Source: an uncultured Eubacteriales bacterium
GTDB taxonomy: Bacteria; Bacillota; Clostridia; Oscillospirales; CAG-272
DNA: 64,000 nucleotides
Assembly (NCBI GenBank): GCA_934796165.1
Contig: CAKVOU010000006.1
Location: 4,119-68,118, forward strand
Direction: 5' to 3'
Below are positions 1 to 7,595 of this stretch, in pieces. The notes below the pieces were generated by a model, which searched no databases, was not told the origin of the DNA, and saw only the letters and a list, made by a program, of their open reading frames with translations. Position numbers and translations under genes: made by a program. Within the stretch, counting starts at the first letter, position 1, and every line of letters starts with the position of its first letter.

Positions 1-166
1 ATTTCAAGATCTCATCAATTGCGTCCTTGGTGACGACGCGGTCATTGTGAAAGGAGGCTCCGGTTTTCTGATCCGTTATGGCAGACGCCATATTGGCAAA
101 CGCCTCGGCAAACGCGTCGTCATCGTTTTGCTTGCGGTTTCTGATCTGTTCGTCAAACCAACCCAT
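1..166 (-). CDS. ABC exporter permease/ATPase subunit, N-terminal fragment; probable second transporter of an NHLM/NHLP-type bacteriocin export set. Runs off the window.
   Basis: ATG at 166-164 is preceded by AAGGAGG about 10 nt upstream. Translation MGWFDEQIRNRKQNDDDAFAEAFANMASAITDQK... stays open to the window edge. It lies 17 nt downstream of the C39-ABC gene. The family call rests on gene order and my recollection of this N-terminal motif. Confidence 0.5.
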   Translation of the reverse strand, partial: MGWFDEQIRNRKQNDDDAFAEAFANMASAITDQKTGASFHNDRVVTKDAIDEILK

Positions 167-183
167 GCCGTGTTTTGCCTCCT

Positions 184-2367
184 TTACTCATTGGATACAA
201 GTTGTGTATAGGCACCGCCGAGCGCCATCAGCTCCTCGTGCGTTCCCCGCTCGACCACGTTCCCCTGGTCCAGGACGATGATCTCGTCGCAGTCGCGGAT
301 GGTGGACAGCCGGTGCGCCACCACGATGCAGGTGATGCCGCGATCCTTGATGGACTGTACCACATCGTATTCGGTTTTGGCGTCCAGCGCACTGGTCGCT
401 TCGTCCAGAATGATGATCGTGGGGTCCTGCGCAAGCACGCGTGCGATCTCCATCCGCTGTCTCTGACCGCCGGAGAAATCCTTTCCGCCCTCGGTCAGCC
501 GGTACTGATACCCGCCCTCGCGCTGCATGATGTCCTCATGAAGCTGCGCGTCGCGCGCTGCCATGATCATTTCAAAATCCTCAATGGAATTGTCCCACAT
601 TTTGATATTGTTCGCAATGGTGTCCTCAAACAGGATGATATCCTGATCCACCACGGCAAGCGACCCGGTGAACACACAGCGGTCGATGGCGGACATCGGC
701 TTCCCGTCAAAGAGAATCTCCCCGCTCCACGGCTGATACAGACCCGAAATGAGCTTGGAAAGCGTGGATTTTCCGCAGCCGGAGGGACCGACAAACGCCA
801 CGCGGCTCCCCGGCTTCAAAGTCATGCTGAACTCCTTGATCAGCGGGTCGGCAAGCTTTGAATAGCCGAAGGTCACGTTTTTCATTTCAATATTGCCGGA
901 GAGCTTATCATACTCGGCAGTCCCGTCGTCCGCGGGAGCCTCGAAGGTGACATCGGTCGGATATTTCATCACGTCTTCAATGCGCTCCATGTCGGTCCGC
1001 ATTTCCTGCAGGGTCTGCCCGGCAGAGATCAGCGTTGTCGCGGGAGAAACAAAAGCGGAAAGGAACCCCTGAAACGCCAGTATCATACCGACGGTGAATT
1101 CGCCCTTCATCGCAAGAAACACGCCCGTCATCAGCACTGCCGTTCCGCAAAGAGCGCTGATCAGAACCGGCAGCAGTCCGAGAAACTGGTTGAGCCGCTG
1201 GAACCGGACCTGACTCTTGTTGACGCTTGCCTGATACCCTGCCCATTTTTCGAAAAAACCGTTTTCGGCTCCGCTTGCCTTGATGGTTTCGATCATTTCT
1301 ATGCCGGCAACCGTAGTTCCCGCAAGCTTACCGGCGTCACGCATCTGCACGCGGGTGATATTGATCCGCTTTTTGGAAATGATGGCGGAAAGGGCGAAAT
1401 TCATCAGGACCGAGGCAAGCCCGATCAGCGTCAGAAGCACGCTGTATCGGAGCATGACCACCAGATAGAACACCATCATGCCGGCATTGAGCACAAGCGG
1501 CGCAAAGGTTTCGACAAGCTGTTCCGCTATCATGGCGTTGGACGCCTGTCTGCCCTGAATATCTCCCGCCATGCGCTGGGAGAAAAAATCCATCGGCATC
1601 CGCAGAATTTTCCACATAAAGGTTGTGTTTCCCACCATGGCGAGCTTTCCGTTGATCCGGAGCGAATAGACCGCCTGTACCCATGCAACGATCAGTTGCA
1701 GGACGCTGATTCCCGCCAGCGCAAGTGTAAACGGCAAGAGCCAATCGGGATTCATCCCGGTCAGCAGGCGATCCAGAAAAATACGGGAGAACGCCGGCGT
1801 GATCATGCCGAGAAGCGACGAGATCACGGTGGTCAGAACCACAAAAGCGATGGCGGTTCCGGCGCCGACCAGCCGTTTTCTGGCATACGCCAGCATGGAC
1901 TGCGGCTTGCCCTCCGGGACAAACGTCTCGCCCGGCTCAAACAAAAGGCAGATGCCGGTGAAGGATTCGTCAAAAGTCTTCATCGGAACGGTATACGTTC
2001 CCTTTGCCGGATCATTCAACACCGCTTTGTTGCCCTTGAAGCCGTCAAGTACAACGAAGTGATTGAAATTCCAGTGGATGATGCAGGGGAATTTCCCCTC
2101 TTTTTTCAGGGCTTCGGGTTCGTAGCGGTAGCCCTTTGCCGAAAGACCGTAGTTCCGGGCGGCACGGAGAAGATTTCTTGCGTTTGAGCCGTCACGGGAC
2201 ACACCGCAGTCAAGACGTACCTGCTCCAGCGGGATCCACTTTCCGTAGTAGGCAAGGATCATGGCAAGGCTTGCGGCACCGCATTCCAGCGCCTCCATCT
2301 GCATGACAACGGGAACCTTGGCGACACCTTTTGTGACCGGCGCCTTGATTTTTTTGGTTACCTTCAT
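184..2367 (-). CDS. Peptidase C39-domain ABC exporter (PCAT; bacteriocin-type peptidase/permease/ATPase)
   Basis: 727 aa. N-terminal C39 motif QMEALECGAASLAMILAYYG with the catalytic Cys, followed by NHFVVL (His) and NDPA. Multi-TM exporter core. Walker A GPSGCGKST, signature FSGGQRQR, Walker B IIILDEATSALD. Confidence 0.9.
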   Translation of the reverse strand: MKVTKKIKAPVTKGVAKVPVVMQMEALECGAASLAMILAYYGKWIPLEQVRLDCGVSRDGSNARNLLRAARNYGLSAKGYRYEPEALKKEGKFPCIIHWNFNHFVVLDGFKGNKAVLNDPAKGTYTVPMKTFDESFTGICLLFEPGETFVPEGKPQSMLAYARKRLVGAGTAIAFVVLTTVISSLLGMITPAFSRIFLDRLLTGMNPDWLLPFTLALAGISVLQLIVAWVQAVYSLRINGKLAMVGNTTFMWKILRMPMDFFSQRMAGDIQGRQASNAMIAEQLVETFAPLVLNAGMMVFYLVVMLRYSVLLTLIGLASVLMNFALSAIISKKRINITRVQMRDAGKLAGTTVAGIEMIETIKASGAENGFFEKWAGYQASVNKSQVRFQRLNQFLGLLPVLISALCGTAVLMTGVFLAMKGEFTVGMILAFQGFLSAFVSPATTLISAGQTLQEMRTDMERIEDVMKYPTDVTFEAPADDGTAEYDKLSGNIEMKNVTFGYSKLADPLIKEFSMTLKPGSRVAFVGPSGCGKSTLSKLISGLYQPWSGEILFDGKPMSAIDRCVFTGSLAVVDQDIILFEDTIANNIKMWDNSIEDFEMIMAARDAQLHEDIMQREGGYQYRLTEGGKDFSGGQRQRMEIARVLAQDPTIIILDEATSALDAKTEYDVVQSIKDRGITCIVVAHRLSTIRDCDEIIVLDQGNVVERGTHEELMALGGAYTQLVSNE

Positions 2368-2376
2368 GCCCGCACC

Positions 2377-2853
2377 TCAGTTAAGTACAAAGTCAAGTGG
2401 CTTAACGCGCTCGGTAATGACCGAAACGGAGAATGTGCCGCTGTTCATGTCTTTGGCTTCGACCGTCAGAACATATACCCAATCGCCCGCCGAAGCGCCT
2501 ATGAGATGAAGAAGATACGGATCGGTGCTCTCATCAAGCCGAACGGGCGCGTCCGGCAGGTCGGACAGCGCAAGCTCCGAGCCGTCAACCGAAAGTATCG
2601 CTTTTTCCTTGATTTTGGAAAAGTCGTCTTCCTTTACATAAACGGTAAGATGTCCGTCCTTGCAGATGCCGCCCGTCTGAAAGGCGGTGTCAAGACGACC
2701 GAACAGTCCCCACACGCACACACCCGCAAGCAGTACGATAACGGCAACAAGGACCATCCAGACGCCCGGATTGGAAACGCGGATATAATCGTTCATCTGC
2801 TCCGGGGAGGTAATCCTCTCCAGACTTTTGTTGCGGAACAACGGCTTACTCAT
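2377..2853 (-). CDS. Short HlyD-like secretion adaptor (158 aa; N-terminal TM plus a small beta-rich domain)
   Basis: The N-terminus FRNKSLERITSPEQMNDYIRV followed by one TM helix matches the typical start of HlyD / NHLM secretion proteins. The coiled-coil region is absent. It lies 9 nt upstream of the PCAT gene. Confidence 0.6.
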   Translation of the reverse strand: MSKPLFRNKSLERITSPEQMNDYIRVSNPGVWMVLVAVIVLLAGVCVWGLFGRLDTAFQTGGICKDGHLTVYVKEDDFSKIKEKAILSVDGSELALSDLPDAPVRLDESTDPYLLHLIGASAGDWVYVLTVEAKDMNSGTFSVSVITERVKPLDFVLN

Positions 2854-2889
2854 CGTCTTTTCCCCCTCAGGTGTTTGAATGTTTGAAGT

Positions 2890-3300
2890 TCAGATATCCT
2901 TCCGGATACGGAGAATGTTCTGCCCGTCCTTATACTCGTAGGTGATCTCATCCATGGTCTTCTTGACCATGAAAATGCCGAGCCCGCCGATCTCGCGTTC
3001 TTCTGCGGACAGCGTGATGTCGGGGTCATCCTTTTTCAAGGGGTCATACGGCACGCCGTGGTCGATAAAGGTAATCGTGACCGAAATCGTCGGCGTCTCC
3101 GATACTTCCACGCGCACGGTCGCAGGCCCGGTCTCCGGGTTATAGGCATAGTGCGCGATGTTGCCGAACAGCTCGTCAATCGCGACGTCGATCTGCATCT
3201 GCGCCCTCAGCGGGCAGGCAATCTCCTCGAGCTGACGGTTTACAAACTCGGTCACCTTTTCTATGTTTTCAACGGTTGCGGGGATTGTCAATTCCTTCAT
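2890..3300 (-). CDS. Anti-sigma-type serine protein kinase (RsbW/SpoIIAB-like HATPase_c)
   Basis: 136 aa. N-box-like DELFGNIAHYAY and G-box GGLGIFMVKKTMD. 4-nt overlap with the upstream phosphatase gene. Confidence 0.8.
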   Translation of the reverse strand: MKELTIPATVENIEKVTEFVNRQLEEIACPLRAQMQIDVAIDELFGNIAHYAYNPETGPATVRVEVSETPTISVTITFIDHGVPYDPLKKDDPDITLSAEEREIGGLGIFMVKKTMDEITYEYKDGQNILRIRKDI

Positions 3301-5732
3301 TTTTCAGAGCCTCCGTTATATTTCAGATACAGCATGGTGATGTCATCAAACTGCGGGGCATCTCCCACAAAAGCGTCTATGTCTGCCTTGACGGCGCGGC
3401 ACACCTCCTCGCCGGACAGAGCGTGCAGACTGTTCAGAAAATCAAGGAGTCTGTCCTCACCGTACAGCTCGTTGTTGCTGTTTGACGCCTCGGTCACGCC
3501 GTCGGTATAGAGGTATAACTCGTCCCCCGGAGCCAGGACAAGCCGGTTGCTCCGGTACCGCACACCCTCCATTCCGGCAAGGACAAAGCCGGGCTTGGTC
3601 TTCAGATACGCAAACGAGCCGTCCGTATGCCGCACCAGCGGCGGGTTATGTCCCGCGTTGGCAAATTCGACCTCTCCGGTCGTAATATTCAGCACGCCCA
3701 TCCACGCCGTGACGAACATCCCGGCATCGTTGGATTCGCACAGCTTGGCATTGGCGACGGCAAAAACCTCGTCCACCGCCCTGCCTGCCTCGGCATAACC
3801 TTTTATGATGGTCTTCGCCGTCATCATGAACATGGCGGCGGGAATCCCTTTGCCGGAAACGTCGGCAATGAGGAAGCCCAGCTTGTTTTCCCCGACAAAA
3901 TAGAAATCGTAGAAGTCGCCGCCGACCTCCTTGGCGGTATGCATGGCAGCATATATCTCAAACTCGCGGTGCCCCGGATACGGCGGGAAAACCGTCGGTA
4001 TGGCGGAATGCTGAATCGCCTTGGCAAATTCCAGTTCCTTGTCGATGCGCGCCGCCGCCTCCGCGATGTAGCGTCTGAGCGTCAGGACTGTCGAGTTGAT
4101 GTCATCCGAAAGCGACGCAAACTCCTGGTTGGTCCGCACGTCCACCACGGTATCCAGATTGCCGCTCGTGATTCTGGCAAGCGACCGGTTGATCTTCACC
4201 ATGTTGTCCACGACCAGCTTCTTGATGAGGAAGTAGACCACGATGAACAGCATTCCGAACACGACAAATTCCATAAAGACCGTGACGTATACCGCAATAT
4301 CGCGCGAGAACATCGCTTCCGTCCGGGGGAGCGCCGCAACAATGTAATAGCCCTCGGACACGATGTACGAGCAGAACGCCGCCTCGCCGTAAACAGTGGC
4401 TTCGAACGGCTCGCCCTCCGGCATCCGGCTCCGGTCGATGTAAATGCCCGAAACGTCCAGGTTCTTCCCCTCGTTGCCGTGCCGGTCGCTTACGATATTC
4501 CAGTCCTCGCCGGCAATGATGATACTGCCGCTTTCCCCGACATGGCGGTTGCGCGTGACTCCGATGACAACATCATCAATATCTTTTTGGAAGCGCTCCG
4601 CGTCATAAGCCACCTGCACAAAGCCGCCGCCGTCAAGCACGATGCCCGCATATTTGCGGGAAATGGACGGATTGGACGATGTGGGCTGATAGTTTTGAAC
4701 GTATTCCCTGGTTTTTCCGTCAAGCAGGACAAGAAACTCCGCCGATTGATGACCTCCGCGCATATCGTAATCAAGAAACTTATCGTATGTAGTTTCCACG
4801 ATGATCCCTTGCGGATTGATGATGTTGATCTCAGCCACATCGTATTCTTTCCCGAGGGAGCAAAGCAGCTCATAATCCACCTTGTCTGCCGCATTGATGC
4901 GTTCGGCAATTCTGGCAGTGAGCGCCAGAAGGTTCTGATTGGAAGCGTCAAGGATATCCGCTTTTACGTCTTCGATGTTCAGCTTTACCAGGTCGTTTGC
5001 TTCGTTTTCGGCAAGCTCCGTCTGTAACGCCCATGTGAAAATCGTTGTCATGAGAAAGCCCGCCGTAACGCAGATCAGGAGAAACCGCTGAAACGTCTGC
5101 GAAATCTTTTTCAGTTCATGCCGCGCGCCGGTCTTCTCCCTGCCGGACAAAACCGAAAGCAAAAGCCCCGCCAGCATGACGGCAATACCGTTGACCGCGA
5201 TCATCGGAAGAGAGCAGGTACGGACAAATGAAAATGCGGTCCTTGCGTCGGTCATGTTCGTCAGGAAGATCATCAGCATATGGATGACTTCCGCGATGAC
5301 AGCCGTTGCCAGACAATAGAACCATTTGGGTTTCTTGTCGTCGAACATGAATTTGCGTAACCAAGCCGCAAAAACACCCGCCAGAACAGTGGAAATGCTG
5401 CAGGCAAGACGGGTATATTGCCCGGCTCCCCAAAGAACCGCGAACCACCGTTCGACGCCGCCGATGACACCTGCGATGATACCGGCGGGCGCACCGAAAA
5501 AAAGTCCCGCGCAGATCGGAGAGGCGTCTCTTGCGTTGATAATCGCGCCGTCGATTTTTACGCCGAATTCGGTCCCGAGAATCGCCAGTCCGCCGAACAG
5601 AATTCCGATCACGATCTGCTTTGCGGCAGACGGAATCCGGCTTGCAAATTTCGTTCGTCCCAGCAGATACACCAGGGCAGACAGCGCCACGGGGCAGAAC
5701 GACACCAAAAGAAGCCACAGAAATGTCTTCAT
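3297..5732 (-). CDS. Membrane sensor PP2C phosphatase (SpoIIE/RsbU family) with 5TMR-LYT-like N-terminus, extracytoplasmic domain and HAMP
   Basis: 811 aa. N-terminal multi-TM region with an ARDASPICAGLFFGAPAGIIAG motif, a second TM followed by a HAMP-like segment, and C-terminal PP2C motifs GGDFYDF, DVSGKGIPAA, AGHNPP and YTDGVTE. Confidence 0.85.
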   Translation of the reverse strand: MKTFLWLLLVSFCPVALSALVYLLGRTKFASRIPSAAKQIVIGILFGGLAILGTEFGVKIDGAIINARDASPICAGLFFGAPAGIIAGVIGGVERWFAVLWGAGQYTRLACSISTVLAGVFAAWLRKFMFDDKKPKWFYCLATAVIAEVIHMLMIFLTNMTDARTAFSFVRTCSLPMIAVNGIAVMLAGLLLSVLSGREKTGARHELKKISQTFQRFLLICVTAGFLMTTIFTWALQTELAENEANDLVKLNIEDVKADILDASNQNLLALTARIAERINAADKVDYELLCSLGKEYDVAEINIINPQGIIVETTYDKFLDYDMRGGHQSAEFLVLLDGKTREYVQNYQPTSSNPSISRKYAGIVLDGGGFVQVAYDAERFQKDIDDVVIGVTRNRHVGESGSIIIAGEDWNIVSDRHGNEGKNLDVSGIYIDRSRMPEGEPFEATVYGEAAFCSYIVSEGYYIVAALPRTEAMFSRDIAVYVTVFMEFVVFGMLFIVVYFLIKKLVVDNMVKINRSLARITSGNLDTVVDVRTNQEFASLSDDINSTVLTLRRYIAEAAARIDKELEFAKAIQHSAIPTVFPPYPGHREFEIYAAMHTAKEVGGDFYDFYFVGENKLGFLIADVSGKGIPAAMFMMTAKTIIKGYAEAGRAVDEVFAVANAKLCESNDAGMFVTAWMGVLNITTGEVEFANAGHNPPLVRHTDGSFAYLKTKPGFVLAGMEGVRYRSNRLVLAPGDELYLYTDGVTEASNSNNELYGEDRLLDFLNSLHALSGEEVCRAVKADIDAFVGDAPQFDDITMLYLKYNGGSEK

Positions 5733-5745
5733 CTGTCCTTGCCGC

Positions 5746-6042
5746 TTACCCGATTGTCAGAATATCCGAAAAGCCCGTGATCTCAAAGACCTCCATGACT
5801 TCCGCGCTGACACCCGTTAACTTCATGCTACCCTGACGGTTCATCACCTTCTGCGCCGCGAGCAGGACGCGAAGTCCCGCGGAGGAAATATATTCTACTC
5901 CGGAAAAATCAAAAATCAGCTCCTTCACCCCGCCGATCGACTGCTTCAGTTCCGCTTCCAGCGCGGGAGCTGTGGTCGTATCCAGCCGTCCGGAAACGGC
6001 AAGCGTCAGCTTTTCCCCGTCTGCGTTTTTGTTGATAATCAT
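5746..6042 (-). CDS. STAS-domain anti-sigma-factor antagonist (RsbV/SpoIIAA-like)
   Basis: Start chosen at MIINKNADGEK (ATG 6042-6040), with GGAGGGAT upstream. The conserved phospho-serine context is YISSAGLRVL. The longer ORF start at 6123 has no RBS. Confidence 0.85.
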   Translation of the reverse strand: MIINKNADGEKLTLAVSGRLDTTTAPALEAELKQSIGGVKELIFDFSGVEYISSAGLRVLLAAQKVMNRQGSMKLTGVSAEVMEVFEITGFSDILTIG

Positions 6043-6332
6043 CTGTATCCCTCCGTTTGCTGTGTTACAGAACACTGAATAGTTGTTTAGTATAGTATAC
6101 CATACCGAAACAGGGAAAATCAACAGTTTTTTGATATACGCCGAGAAAATCCTTCATAAGTGCGGCGCGGTATCACCCCGGATTCGTTTTTTCCGCACCC
6201 GCACGTTTCATGCGTGCCGGGTATTCCCGCTTAAACGCACTTTCTTCCCCGGCTTTTTTGCCTGCCCCTCCCGGGTGCTTTCCCGAAAATCAGCTGTCTC
6301 CGGGCCATCAGATTCATCCCCTCTCCGCCGCT

Positions 6333-6380
6333 CCGCCGCCGGATCCCCGCTTCGCGGGTGCCCCGCCGGCAGGCGGAGCG
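6333..6380 (+). repeat. Dispersed GC-rich palindromic intergenic element, family A, copy 1
   Basis: CCGCCGCCGGATCCCCGCTTCGCGGGTGCCCCGCCGGCAGGCGGAGCG. It is near-identical (about 46 of 49 positions by eye) to the reverse complement of 53635-53683. Confidence 0.85.
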
Positions 6381-6474
6381 TTTCTTTTCCTTATCCCTTG
6401 CTTTTCTTTCCCGGATGTGCTAAAATAAGGTGTTTGTCCCCCTCGTCTTCCACTCTTTTGAAAGAAGGTACTCT

Positions 6475-7431
6475 ATGAAACACCGCAAACTGACCGCGAT
6501 CGTCGCCGGGGTCGGCGCGAATGCGATCCTCGGTTTCAACTTCATTTTTTCAAACCTCATCATCGACGAGGTTTCCCCCATCGTCCTGCTTGCCTACCAG
6601 TGTACCATCTGCGTACTCGCCATGGCGGTCTGTATTCCCCTCCCCATCGTGAAATGTAACCTTCGCGGCAGAGGCAAAAAGCTGCTCCCGCTCCTCTTTA
6701 TGGGCGTGTGCGACCCGCTCCTTTATTACATCGGCACCAACTACGCGCTCAAATGCAACACAAGCACCACCTTCACCGCCGTCATGGTCGCGCTCATGCC
6801 GGTCTTCGCGCTCGCCTTCGGCGCCATCTTCCTGCGCGAGATCCCGACCGCCCTGCAGATCGTGTTCAGCGTGCTCTCGGTCGCCGGCGTCGTCATTCTC
6901 TCGCTTCAGGGGAAGAACGACGGCTCGGTGTCACTTGAGGGCGTCCTGTTTCTGCTTCTCACCGTCGCGTCCGGCGTCGGCTACGGGCTTATCAGCCGCG
7001 GAAGCGCCAAGGAATTCGGCGCGTTTGAACGCACCTTCGGCTGTTTCTTCTCGGGCATGGTGCTCGTCGATCTCCTCGCCGTCATTGAAAATATCGGCGA
7101 TCTCTCCGCACTCGTCCGCCCGCTTGCAAACCCCAGGTTCGTGCTTTGCGTCCTGGCGCTCGGCATCCTGTCCTCCGCTGTGGAATATGTCGCCTACAAC
7201 TACTCCATGACCTACCTCCCCGTGTCGCAGGCAATGCTGTTTTCGGGAATCTCCACCGTCACAACCGCCGTGTTCAGCGTCATCATCTTCCCCACCGAAC
7301 GCGCAAACTTCACCTGGCTGACCGCGCTCTGCATTTTCCTCATTGTCGCGGGTGTCATCGGTGCACAGATGTTCGGAAGAAAGGAAGAAGAAGCAAAGCC
7401 CGAAATCCCGCCGGACAGACAAAACTCCTGA
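6475..7431 (+). CDS. DMT-superfamily (EamA-like) transporter
   Basis: About 10 hydrophobic helices arranged as two EamA-like halves. Start chosen at MKHRKL (6475). Confidence 0.8.
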   Translation: MKHRKLTAIVAGVGANAILGFNFIFSNLIIDEVSPIVLLAYQCTICVLAMAVCIPLPIVKCNLRGRGKKLLPLLFMGVCDPLLYYIGTNYALKCNTSTTFTAVMVALMPVFALAFGAIFLREIPTALQIVFSVLSVAGVVILSLQGKNDGSVSLEGVLFLLLTVASGVGYGLISRGSAKEFGAFERTFGCFFSGMVLVDLLAVIENIGDLSALVRPLANPRFVLCVLALGILSSAVEYVAYNYSMTYLPVSQAMLFSGISTVTTAVFSVIIFPTERANFTWLTALCIFLIVAGVIGAQMFGRKEEEAKPEIPPDRQNS

Positions 7432-7541
7432 CTCGGACGGATCCGTCCTTCGTTCCGGGTTCCCGCCGGGTAATGCTCCGGCAATTTCTCCGAACCCGTT
7501 TCTCTGTACCGGGCAGATTCCTGTGTCCGACCGGGCACAAT

Positions 7542-7578
7542 AAAAAAGCCGACGCGTTCCGCGTCGGCTTTGTTTTTT
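7542..7578. terminator. Bidirectional rho-independent terminator between the DMT and ATPase genes
   Basis: AAAAAAGCCGACGCG-TTC-CGCGTCGGCTTTGTTTTTT. Confidence 0.8.
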
Positions 7579-7595
7579 ACCGAGAAGAAATCCGG

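Noticed and set aside
6210-6428. 72-aa ORF sharing the peptide PDPRFAGAPPAGGA with the minus-strand ORF at 53474-53830, which could suggest a conserved small protein
   Set aside because: The shared peptide is the translation of the family A palindromic repeat. There is no RBS, both ORFs are intergenic, and the similarity ends at the repeat borders.
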